From a virus (taxonomy: Duplodnaviria > Caudoviricetes), in the IMG/VR virus record IMGVR_UViG_3300044542_000107, positions 1 to 64,000 of that record: a DNA stretch of 64,000 nucleotides; one strand, written 5' to 3'. Position 1 is the stretch's first letter. Each line of letters begins with the position of its first letter. The position numbers and the translations under genes are program-made. The notes under the pieces are model-generated. The model did no database searches and was not told where the DNA came from. It worked only from the letters and a program-made list of their open reading frames with translations. Of the stretch, positions 18,199 through 27,435 are shown in pieces.

Positions 18199-18804
18199 AT
18201 GGCTGACGATGTGAAGACCGCGCCGGACCTGCGGGCGCTGCTGAGGAAGAGGCGTGAGCAGGATTCGTCGGCATCGACCGTGCGGATCTCTTACACGCTG
18301 GATGATTCGATCTCCGACGAGTATGAGGCCGTCAAGGCCGAGCTGGACGGGGTGCACTCCCCCTTCGATGCGGAGCGGCGGGCGCTCGAGAAGGCCGCCG
18401 AGGACACGATGGGCGCCGCCAATACCGCCGACGTTGATCGACGCGAGGCCGCCGCAATTGCCGACCTGGAGGCCAAGCTGGCCGAGGTGGAGGAGCGCGG
18501 TCGCGCGGTCACTGTGGATCTGGTGTTCCGGGCCTGTACGCCGGGCACATATCAGGACCTGGTGAATCAGCTCAAGCCCGATGAGGATGAGGAGCGGATG
18601 GGGGCCTTCCTCGACGCTCTGTGCCTGGCGTGCTATACGGGCGCCGAGCAGAACGGGAAGCCGGTCGACCTCGGCATGTGGCCTGAGATTGCCGAGTCCA
18701 TGAACTACGGGTTGCTGGATGCGGCCCACACGCTCGTGATGGCGATGAACCGGCGGACGGTGCAGACCCCTTTCTCGTCGAAGCCCTCCACAAGAACCCG
18801 CTGA
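18199..18804 (+). CDS. Tail assembly chaperone (gpG-like)
   Basis: Position before TMP; slippery site near its end. Confidence 0.8.
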   Translation: MADDVKTAPDLRALLRKRREQDSSASTVRISYTLDDSISDEYEAVKAELDGVHSPFDAERRALEKAAEDTMGAANTADVDRREAAAIADLEAKLAEVEERGRAVTVDLVFRACTPGTYQDLVNQLKPDEDEERMGAFLDALCLACYTGAEQNGKPVDLGMWPEIAESMNYGLLDAAHTLVMAMNRRTVQTPFSSKPSTRTR

Positions 18805-19238
18805 TCCTCGACGACGTGGAGACGGCCCACTCGCTGGGCCTGTCTCTGCGCCGCTTCCACGGGTGGGAGCCACGGGAGACGACGCGTGTCACGGCCCGGG
18901 ACGCAGAGGGCCGTCCCGCCGAGTGGATGACGACGCGTGAACCTGAGTGGGACGACGACGAGCGCGACATCATGCGCGCCCGCGCCCACATCGAGGCGCA
19001 TAGGTGCAGCCAGTGCGGCGGAGATCTGGACGAGTACCTGACCGATCAGCCGCCCATCGCCGACGATCCCGGCTACGGCTTCTCCGTGGGGCCGGTGTGG
19101 TGCCGCCGGTGCGTGGCGATGGCCCGCTGGAAGCGCGGCCACGAGAAGGCCGACAAGCAGGCCGAGGGCACCGATCTGGACGAGATGCCCGAGGTGCGTC
19201 GTCTCGTGGCGATCAAGAAGCCCAACCCTGACAACTGA
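18768..19238 (+). CDS. Tail assembly chaperone -1 frameshift extension (gpGT-like)
   Basis: In-frame C CCT TTC heptamer at 18768-18774; -1 frame open (PFLVEALHKNPLILDDVETAHS...) to 19238. Confidence 0.8.
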   Translation, partial: PFLVEALHKNPLILDDVETAHSLGLSLRRFHGWEPRETTRVTARDAEGRPAEWMTTREPEWDDDERDIMRARAHIEAHRCSQCGGDLDEYLTDQPPIADDPGYGFSVGPVWCRRCVAMARWKRGHEKADKQAEGTDLDEMPEVRRLVAIKKPNPDN

Positions 19239-19253
19239 AAGGTGCTGTGACCG

Positions 19254-22200
19254 ATGGCTCGCGTGCAGACAGTCATGTCCCTCGCCGGGGTGCAGCAGGT
19301 CGTCGACGGCTTCAAGCGGGCCGGATCCGCCGCCAGGCAGTTCGGGTCGGCGGCGAAGCTGTCCGGCGACTCCATGGATAAGGCGGGCAGCCGGATCCGC
19401 ACCGCCGGGGCGTATGTCACCCGGAACGCCGACCAGCTGGGGCATGCCGGGTCCACCTTCATGAAGGTGGGCGCGGTCATCGGGTCGACTGTGGTGGGTG
19501 CGGTGAAGGCCGCCGCCGACTGGGAGTCAGCCTGGGCCGGTGTCACGAAGACCGTGGACGGCAATGTGTCGCAGATGGCCGCCCTGGAGGGGCAGCTGCG
19601 CGGCCTCACGTCGATCCTGCCGGCGTCCCATGAGGAGATCGCCGGCGTTGCCGAAGCGGCCGGCCAGCTGGGCATCCAGCGGGAGAACGTGGCCGGGTTC
19701 ACGCAGGTCATGGTGGAGATGGGCGAGTCAACCAACCTGAGTGCGGATGAGGCGGCCACCTCTATCGCCCAGATGATGAACATCATGGGCACCGCCCAGG
19801 GGGACGCGTCGCGGATCGGCGCGACGATTGTCGCCCTGGGTAACGCCGGAGCGTCGACTGAGCGTGACATCACTCAGATGAGCATGAGGATCGCGGCGGC
19901 CGGCAAGCAGGTCGGCATGTCCGAGGCTGACGTGCTCGGTTTCGCGAACGCCCTGGCGTCGACGGGTGTGGAGGCTGAGGCTGGCGGCACCGCCATCTCT
20001 CAGACGTTCAAGCAGATCGATGCGGCAGTCCGTGAGGGGGGTTCCTCGCTGGATTCGATCGCCCGGACGTCGGGCATGTCGGCGGCGCAGTTCAAGCAGG
20101 CGTGGGGCAGGGATGCCGCAGGTGCGATGAACTCGTGGATCGTCGGGTTGGGGAAGGCGCAGGCGTCCGGGCAGGATGTCAACAAGACGCTGTCGGATCT
20201 GGGCATGACCGGGATCCGGCAGTCTGACTCCATTCTGAGGCTGGCGTCGTCGACGAAGGCGGCCGGGGCTCAGACTGATCTGTTGGCCGATTCGCTGAAG
20301 CTCGGCAGTCAGGCGTGGAATCAGAACATCGCCCTGACGAACGAGGCGGCGAAGCGGCATCAGACGCTCGCGTCCCAGGCCCAGATCGCGTGGAACACGA
20401 TGAAGGACTCCGCCATCAGCGCGGGCATGTCTCTGCTGCCGACGGTCGCCCAGATCGTGACGACGCTGGCAGGTCTGGCGTCGGCGTTCGGGAACCTGCC
20501 CGGTCCCGTGAAGCAGTTTGGGGCCGCGTTCACGGCGGTCTCGTCGGGGTCTCTGCTGGCCGCCGGCGGGCTGCTGAAGGTGGTGTCGCTGGCCGGCCGG
20601 GTGAAGACCGCCATGTCTGGGCTCGGCATCTCCATGAAGGCGGGGATGCTCGGCATGGGTGCCATCGGCGTGCTGATCACCGGTGCCGCGCTGGCGCTGA
20701 ACGCATGGATCTCGAAGCAGCAGAAGGCCAAGGAGACCACGGACTCCTACACGCAGGCTTTGCAGGGGCAGACGCAGGCCATCAATGAGGCGACGATCCA
20801 GACCGCGGCGAAGAACTTGCAGGATGCTGGCGCTTTCGATGCGGGGAAGAAGCTGGGTCTGTCGTCTGCGATCGTGACGAGGGCTGCGCTGAATCAGAAG
20901 GACGCCATGCAGCAGGTCGCGGCGGCGACTGCGAAGGCGCGCGCCGAAATGGCGGAGATCTCATCACGGGCCAATGACGCGGGCGGCATGGCGTCTTTGG
21001 AGAAGACCCCGGAGTACAAGCAGGCTCAGGCGAAGCTGGAGGCGGCGAAGAAACTCGAGGCCGCCATCAAGGTGCAGAACGATGCGTTCGGCACCGCTGT
21101 GGCTAAGCAGAAGGAGCTGCAGGATGCTGTCGACGCGGCGGGTCCGGCGGAGCAGCAGTCTGCCGAGCAGAAGAAGAAGGTGGCGCAGGCGTCCCAGGAG
21201 GCCGCGCAGGCGATGGATGCCCTGATCGAGGCCACCCAGTCCTACGGGAATCTGTTGCTGCAGATGTCCGGCAACGCGATCGGCGTGGAGTCGGCGATCG
21301 ATCAGGCCACCGCAGCCCTGGAGAAGAACGGCAAGACTCTCGACATCGACACCGAGGCTGGCCGGGCCAACATGCAGGCACTGAATGGGATCGCCCAGGC
21401 GTCGATGCAGCAGGTGAAGACGATGGCCGAGGCGGGCGCGTCGACGCAGGAGATGTCGGCTGCGACCGCCAAGGCGCGAAAGTCGTTCATCGACACGGCG
21501 CAGGCGATGGGGATGCCGGCGGCCGAGGCGAAGAAGTTGGCCGACGCCTATTTCGCAATTCCGAAGGAAGTCAACACCACCCTCAACACCCACATCAAGG
21601 GTGCCAATGAGAAGCAGGTCGCGGCGCTGCAGAAGGAGATCGACAAGCTTCCGGCGGAGAAGCGGTCTCAGGTGGTGGCGACTGCCAACACGAAGGGCTA
21701 TGCGGAGGCCAAGAAGCAGCTCGATGAGTTCCAGAAGCAGCTGCACACCCTGACGCACACCACGAAGGCCGGCGTCACCTTCAAGGTCAGCAGCAAGGTC
21801 GACCGCAAGGAATACGACAAGTTCGTCAAGGATGTCGAGAAACTGCCGAAGGAGCAGCAGCAGAAGCTCGTCCAGAAAGCGGAGACGAATTTCCCGGAGG
21901 CGCAGAAGCAGCTGCAGCAGTTCCTGGCCGCGATCCCGAAGGACAAGGAGAAGACCGTCAAGGTCCACGCTTCTCTGCAGGGCGCGGACAAGACGAAGAA
22001 GGATCTCGGCGACATCGAGGTGACCGCCCGGACGATCAACGGCAAGAAGTGCCTGATCCCGGTGAGCTCGCCGGGTGCTGACGGCACGAAGGTCGCCATC
22101 AAGGGCGTCACGTACGAGGTGAAGACGCTCGACGGGCATCAGGTTCTGGTGCCGGTCTCCGCGCCGGGTGCCTCACAGGCCCAGGGTGCGCTCATGGGTG

Positions 22201-23672
22201 TAAATGCGGCCGCGCAGGCCGCCAACGCCAGGAGTGTGACGATCCCGACCAGCACGCCGGGCACGTCTGCTTCGACCGGGCTGTTGAACGGTCTGCACGC
22301 GGCGTGGGCGCGGATCACCGGCAGGAGTGTGCGGATCGGCACGTCTGCGCCTGGCGCGTCGGCGGCGACGGGGCAGATCAACAGTCTCCGCGCCGCGGTG
22401 CAGCGCACCAACGGGGCACATGCCACCGTCACCGCGTCGGCCTCGACTGGGGCGGCGGAGTCGGCGCTCCGCGCTCTGGAGGCAACTCGGCACATGACCG
22501 TGGTGGCTCACGTGCAGACCGTGGAGACCGTCGGTAGGGCCAGCGGTGGACCGATTCCGAGATCGAGTCTCGCCTCCGGCGGCCGGGTGCCCGGGTGGTC
22601 TCCGACGACGACCGCCGACAATGTGCCGATCATGGCGACCGCCGGGGAGTGGATGCATCCCGTCTCAGCGGTGCGCAAGTACGGTCCGGGCTTCATGGAA
22701 GCTGTGCGCACCGGGAGGTTCCCCGTCGAGCGTGCGCAGGGGTTCGCTAACGGAGGTTCCATCGGCGGACAGCATCTGGCGACAGGCGGTTTCGTCGGCG
22801 CCCTGGCATCGTCGGCGTCGCGCACCATCGTGGTGAAGATGGCAGCCGCCGACGGCTCGTTCGCCGACCTGTCGAAGGCCCTTGCCGCGCAGACGAAGGC
22901 GCAGCAGGCAGCGACCCGCGCAGGCAACGCCTGGCGCCGGGCGCGCGGCAAAAACCGGGCCAAGGCCGGCGAGGCGTACAACAAGGCGAAGGACAACCTC
23001 AAGACGGCGACCGACAACGCTCAGCAGGCCATCGACGCGTTCGCACAGTCGGCGTCTCAGGCGGCCTCCACCATGTCGTCGGCCTTCCGGTCTGGCGGGT
23101 CTGCCGCCGACCTGATGGCCAACATGCGCGAGGGCACCAATCAGCTCGCACTGTTCGAGTCGCAGCTGTCTAAGCTGCGCACCATGGGCCTGTCGCAGTC
23201 GGCCATCGACTCGCTGACCGCCATGGGTGTCAATCAGGGGTCCGCGCTGGCCGGAGAGATCGTCTCCGGCGGCAAGGGCATGGTCGACTCGCTCAACCTG
23301 GCGGCCTACCGGTTGGATCAGATCGCCGACAAGCTGGGCCGTCAGACGCTGGCGAAGTTAGCCGCCGGCGGCACCGTCACGTCCCCGACCCGGGCACTGA
23401 TCGGTGAGGCCGGGACCGAGACCGTCGTGCCGCATGACGGGTCGGAGCGGTCGCGGCGGCTCTGGCTAACGGCCGGCCGTGAGCTCGGGATGCTGGGCGA
23501 TGGGTCGGCCTACCGGTCGCCGTCTTCGCAGCAGATCGTGGTGCGGGCGCCGGATGTAGTGATGCCGTCGACGGTGATGCTGAATGTCCCAGGTCTTGGC
23601 ACGGCGATCAGGGCGGAGATCGTGTCTGCGCAGACCACGACCGCACGCAACGTGGCAAGGAGCAGACGATGA
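19254..23672 (+). CDS. Tape measure protein (TP901-family core)
   Basis: 1472 aa, Ala-rich, WESAWAGVTKTV, EAEAGGTA, C-terminal AxGG repeats. Confidence 0.95.
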   Translation: MARVQTVMSLAGVQQVVDGFKRAGSAARQFGSAAKLSGDSMDKAGSRIRTAGAYVTRNADQLGHAGSTFMKVGAVIGSTVVGAVKAAADWESAWAGVTKTVDGNVSQMAALEGQLRGLTSILPASHEEIAGVAEAAGQLGIQRENVAGFTQVMVEMGESTNLSADEAATSIAQMMNIMGTAQGDASRIGATIVALGNAGASTERDITQMSMRIAAAGKQVGMSEADVLGFANALASTGVEAEAGGTAISQTFKQIDAAVREGGSSLDSIARTSGMSAAQFKQAWGRDAAGAMNSWIVGLGKAQASGQDVNKTLSDLGMTGIRQSDSILRLASSTKAAGAQTDLLADSLKLGSQAWNQNIALTNEAAKRHQTLASQAQIAWNTMKDSAISAGMSLLPTVAQIVTTLAGLASAFGNLPGPVKQFGAAFTAVSSGSLLAAGGLLKVVSLAGRVKTAMSGLGISMKAGMLGMGAIGVLITGAALALNAWISKQQKAKETTDSYTQALQGQTQAINEATIQTAAKNLQDAGAFDAGKKLGLSSAIVTRAALNQKDAMQQVAAATAKARAEMAEISSRANDAGGMASLEKTPEYKQAQAKLEAAKKLEAAIKVQNDAFGTAVAKQKELQDAVDAAGPAEQQSAEQKKKVAQASQEAAQAMDALIEATQSYGNLLLQMSGNAIGVESAIDQATAALEKNGKTLDIDTEAGRANMQALNGIAQASMQQVKTMAEAGASTQEMSAATAKARKSFIDTAQAMGMPAAEAKKLADAYFAIPKEVNTTLNTHIKGANEKQVAALQKEIDKLPAEKRSQVVATANTKGYAEAKKQLDEFQKQLHTLTHTTKAGVTFKVSSKVDRKEYDKFVKDVEKLPKEQQQKLVQKAETNFPEAQKQLQQFLAAIPKDKEKTVKVHASLQGADKTKKDLGDIEVTARTINGKKCLIPVSSPGADGTKVAIKGVTYEVKTLDGHQVLVPVSAPGASQAQGALMGVNAAAQAANARSVTIPTSTPGTSASTGLLNGLHAAWARITGRSVRIGTSAPGASAATGQINSLRAAVQRTNGAHATVTASASTGAAESALRALEATRHMTVVAHVQTVETVGRASGGPIPRSSLASGGRVPGWSPTTTADNVPIMATAGEWMHPVSAVRKYGPGFMEAVRTGRFPVERAQGFANGGSIGGQHLATGGFVGALASSASRTIVVKMAAADGSFADLSKALAAQTKAQQAATRAGNAWRRARGKNRAKAGEAYNKAKDNLKTATDNAQQAIDAFAQSASQAASTMSSAFRSGGSAADLMANMREGTNQLALFESQLSKLRTMGLSQSAIDSLTAMGVNQGSALAGEIVSGGKGMVDSLNLAAYRLDQIADKLGRQTLAKLAAGGTVTSPTRALIGEAGTETVVPHDGSERSRRLWLTAGRELGMLGDGSAYRSPSSQQIVVRAPDVVMPSTVMLNVPGLGTAIRAEIVSAQTTTARNVARSRR

Positions 23673-24901
23673 TCACGTGCAACTATGTTCCGGATCCTCC
23701 GCGTGTCACCCTCGACGTCACCTCCATGCCCGCCGGGACGGCGCGCGTGGAGGTGGTGCGCATCGACTCCAACGGGGCCGAGTCACCGGTGCGCGGGGCC
23801 GCCGACGTTCCGGTGCAGGACACGGCCGCGTGGACCGTCATCGACTGGGACGTGCCCATCGGCCGAGCACCCGTCTGGCGGGCCACCTACCGGAATGCCG
23901 CCGGCGGACTGCTCGGGACCGAGACGGGTTCACTGGTACGTGACGGTGTCGGCCCGGAGCTGCTGGCCAATGGCGGTTTCGATGATGGGCTGACAGGATG
24001 GGCGACGACTGGGACGGTGCAGCAGCTCTTCTCAGGTCCGACGCCTCCTCATGCGGTGATCCGTGGCGCCGGGTCGCTGTCGCAGTCCGTCGTCCTGGAC
24101 CCCGGCGCCGGCACGACGGTGACAGTGTCCCACCAGAACGATCCCGGCATCGGCTCGACGGTGACGGTGACCCCCGATGTGGGGAATCCTGTGATGGCGG
24201 TCATGTCTGACTCGGGCAATGACTGGGTGACCACGACGGTGAATCTACCGGCCGGGGCGTCATCGGCGATCATGACCATCGCGGGAACAACGGGCTCGAC
24301 ACGGGTCGACAACGTCACGGCGCGGGCGGTCTACCACTCCGATGGCACAGTCCCCGCCCCCGACTGCGACCTGGCGTGGATCTCCAACCCCTACGATCCC
24401 GACAGCGCCATGATGGTCACCCTCATGGCGGGCACCGACGATGAGACCGGCCACGATATGACGACCTCCCTGTCGCTGCCGGGACGCCGCACACACCTCC
24501 CCTCGGCGGTCGTCGGGGTGCGCGGGATCGGCGGATCGCGCACTCTGGTGGTGCGCTGCTGGAGCCTGGAGGAGGCCCAGCAGCTGGAGGACCTGCTGGC
24601 CACCACCACCACACTGCTGGTTCGCTCCCCTGCCATCCGCCACCGCACCGGATGCCTGTATGTCGTGATTGGTGAGGCTCGAGAGATGTCCCACCACAAC
24701 AGACCTGCCACACCGGAGGCGACCACGTGGACCTTGTCGGCCGACGAGGTGGATCCCGGAGCTCTCGGCATCCTCGTGCCGCCGTGGACCTACGCCGACC
24801 TGTGGGCATACCTGGTCGCCCAAACCGGCAAGACGGCGCCCACCTACACCGATCTCCAGTCGGTGTTCCCGCTGTACCTCGACGTCACCAAGGGGGTCTG
24901 A
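23669..24901 (+). CDS. Distal tail-like protein with inserted carbohydrate-binding-like module
   Basis: Follows TMP; ELLANGGFDDGLTGW...VDNV insert. Confidence 0.65.
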   Translation: MITCNYVPDPPRVTLDVTSMPAGTARVEVVRIDSNGAESPVRGAADVPVQDTAAWTVIDWDVPIGRAPVWRATYRNAAGGLLGTETGSLVRDGVGPELLANGGFDDGLTGWATTGTVQQLFSGPTPPHAVIRGAGSLSQSVVLDPGAGTTVTVSHQNDPGIGSTVTVTPDVGNPVMAVMSDSGNDWVTTTVNLPAGASSAIMTIAGTTGSTRVDNVTARAVYHSDGTVPAPDCDLAWISNPYDPDSAMMVTLMAGTDDETGHDMTTSLSLPGRRTHLPSAVVGVRGIGGSRTLVVRCWSLEEAQQLEDLLATTTTLLVRSPAIRHRTGCLYVVIGEAREMSHHNRPATPEATTWTLSADEVDPGALGILVPPWTYADLWAYLVAQTGKTAPTYTDLQSVFPLYLDVTKGV

Positions 24902-24902
24902 G

Positions 24903-26030
24903 ATGGGTTGGCCTGTCGATGATACGTGGCGCGACAGTCTCACCTCCCCCCACTCGTCGGACTGGACGATGGCCGCCATCCGCTCCGGTGCCGTGCTGGC
25001 CGACGGCATGGAGGCGTCCAGTGTCACCCTGGTGGAGTCTGTCGACGACCGGCAGATCACCCGCGAGCTGCGCGCCACCATCACCGACCCCGACGGCACA
25101 CTCCTCGGGGACGACACCGGCGCCCCCCTCGCCCCGTTCGGGCAGCAGATCCGGGCCCGCCACGGGCTGGGCGTCGGCGCTGCGTGGTCGCAGTCCATCC
25201 CCGCCGGAGACTTCCGCATCGAGGAGTCGGAGCGCACCGGCGGCACGTCCACGCTGCTGAGGAACGGGACGTGGCTTCCCGGCGGGCAGAGTGTCGCGGT
25301 CATCTGCCGCGACATGCTCCAGCAGCTCGCAGGCGAGACATGGGAGACCGTGGCCGCCCCCAAATCAGGGGCCACCGTCGCCGCCGAGCTGGCCCGCGTC
25401 ATCGCCGGGACCGGGGTGAGGCTCGCATCGTCGGTCACCTCGACCGTCAAGGTGACGGCGGAGGCCGACTACGGCGCCTGCCGTCTCGACGCCGTGCTCA
25501 CGCTGGCGGGGCTCGCCGGGGCTGTCGTCTGGTGCGACCGCGCCGGAGCCCTGGCACTCATCGACGCCACCGCCGGAACCGGCACCTCGTGGAGCTTCAC
25601 ACCCGGCGAGGACGTGGGGGTCGACCGCTCCCCCAAAATGTCGCGCGACGGACTCCACAATGGCGTGATCGTGAAGGGATCCGACGGCGACGATCGTTAC
25701 GGCGTCCGAGGGTCTGCCGCCATCACCTCCGGTCCACTGCGATGGGGAGGACCTTTCGGCCGCGTGCCCACCACCATCACAGACCAGACGATCCACTCAA
25801 ACGCCGCCGCGACCGCTCGCGCCCAGCGTGAGCGGGACGCGCTGGCCTCTTCACAGACCGTCACCGTCACCATCACCGCCCCCGACAATCCGGCCGTCGA
25901 CTGCCTCGACCGGGCCGTAATCCCCACCGATGCGGGGACCATGTCGGGGCTCATCCGATCCATCGACCGCGACGGCGACGGCATGAAATTGTCTGTCGCT
26001 GTGCCGTGGCAGGAGGTCTGGCATGTCTGA
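24903..26030 (+). CDS. Minor tail / baseplate hub protein
   Basis: LAPFGQQI, HNGVIV, PLRWGGPFGRVP. Confidence 0.75.
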   Translation: MGWPVDDTWRDSLTSPHSSDWTMAAIRSGAVLADGMEASSVTLVESVDDRQITRELRATITDPDGTLLGDDTGAPLAPFGQQIRARHGLGVGAAWSQSIPAGDFRIEESERTGGTSTLLRNGTWLPGGQSVAVICRDMLQQLAGETWETVAAPKSGATVAAELARVIAGTGVRLASSVTSTVKVTAEADYGACRLDAVLTLAGLAGAVVWCDRAGALALIDATAGTGTSWSFTPGEDVGVDRSPKMSRDGLHNGVIVKGSDGDDRYGVRGSAAITSGPLRWGGPFGRVPTTITDQTIHSNAAATARAQRERDALASSQTVTVTITAPDNPAVDCLDRAVIPTDAGTMSGLIRSIDRDGDGMKLSVAVPWQEVWHV

Positions 26031-26982
26031 TCTGCTCGCCGCAGCCATCACCGCACGCCCGCCGACGCAGACCCGCGCCGTCGTCGCCGAGGTCGCCCCC
26101 ATGGTGGGGCGCAACTACGGGGCCGCCACCGCTGTCACCATCGGGTCGCAGACACTCTCATGCACCGACGAGTGCCACGGATGGGTGCACGAGCCAGGCG
26201 ACGCCGTGGCAGTCCAGATCTCCGACGGCGTGGTCCGCGTCACCGGATCGCTAGAGGATCGCCCGTCGGTGGGCACCGTGACATCGGTAGCCTCGGGATT
26301 CGCCCGCGTGGCCGACGATGACGGAGCCCTGTGGTGGGCGGCCGTCCTGCCCGGGCAGACCGTGACGGCAGGCGACCAGGTGACCGTCATGTGGACCGGC
26401 GCTGGCGGCGTCATCCTGCCAGCACTGGTCCCGGTGGCGATCCGCGCCTCAGCCCGCCCCCAGCCCGACCCGGCCTCCGAGCTTCCCGGAATCATCCCCG
26501 ACGGCCCCGACCCGTGGGCCGACGTCACCGTGGCGGCCGTCGAGTCCGGAAGCCACGCATCAGGGGCATGGGTCAGATCCGGGGACTCGTCCCGCGTCGA
26601 GCAGGGATCACCCACCGGAGGCGCACCGGCAGCCGGGGCATGGCTGTACGGCGACGCGCTCGACTTCCTGGTCGGCCGCAGCGTCACAGCGGCCAGCATC
26701 ACTGTGCGACGCTCCACCGATCCGGGAATCGCAGCATCCCCGGTGCTCATGTGCCACACGGCACGCACCACCGCCGACACCCCCGACTGGGTGGGGACGG
26801 CGCTCACCGGGCAGCCACTGCTGCCAGGGCAGACCGCCACCATCGACCTGACCCCCGAACTGCTCGCACCGCTGGTCGCGGGCACCGCTCACGGGCTCGG
26901 GATCGTCGGCGCCGACTGGTGCCGCCTCGACGGGATCACCACCACCGCCCTGTCCGGGCAACTCCACCTCACCACCGTCTGA
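26023..26982 (+). CDS. Minor tail protein
   Basis: Position; GAWLYG, beta-rich. Confidence 0.7.
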   Translation: MSDLLAAAITARPPTQTRAVVAEVAPMVGRNYGAATAVTIGSQTLSCTDECHGWVHEPGDAVAVQISDGVVRVTGSLEDRPSVGTVTSVASGFARVADDDGALWWAAVLPGQTVTAGDQVTVMWTGAGGVILPALVPVAIRASARPQPDPASELPGIIPDGPDPWADVTVAAVESGSHASGAWVRSGDSSRVEQGSPTGGAPAAGAWLYGDALDFLVGRSVTAASITVRRSTDPGIAASPVLMCHTARTTADTPDWVGTALTGQPLLPGQTATIDLTPELLAPLVAGTAHGLGIVGADWCRLDGITTTALSGQLHLTTV

Positions 26983-26994
26983 CAGGAGACCATC

Positions 26995-27435
26995 GTGGCC
27001 AGCACCACCACCAATTTTCAGATCCCGTTCCCCGGCCAGGGGGACGCCGCCAATGTGCCCGCCGACCTCCAGGCGATGGCCGCGCGCGTCGATGCCGTCC
27101 TCAAATCGGTCTCCGACACCGCCACCGCCACACAGGCGCTGGTGAACGCCCGGTTGGGGAACTTGAGGGTCTTCGCGAAGCGCGACACCATCACCGCCGG
27201 GCCGTCCTACTCTTACGTCAGGTCCTACAGCTTCCCCAGCGACGTCACCTTCTCGGCGGTCCCCATCGTCGGCTGCCAGCTCGCCACCGCCGCCGGAGGG
27301 ACCACCAAGATCGAGTGCCGACCGTCCGCCACCACCACCACCGGATTCACCGTGTGGATTCACACGTGGGACAACAGCGTGATGGGCGACCTCGGCGCTC
27401 TGCCGCTCATCTGGTGGGCGCTGGGGGCCGCCTGA
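26995..27435 (+). CDS. Small tail fibre-like protein
   Basis: TTNFQIPFP N-terminus; FSAVP...TTTGFTV...WWALG C-domain. Confidence 0.7.
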   Translation: MASTTTNFQIPFPGQGDAANVPADLQAMAARVDAVLKSVSDTATATQALVNARLGNLRVFAKRDTITAGPSYSYVRSYSFPSDVTFSAVPIVGCQLATAAGGTTKIECRPSATTTTGFTVWIHTWDNSVMGDLGALPLIWWALGAA

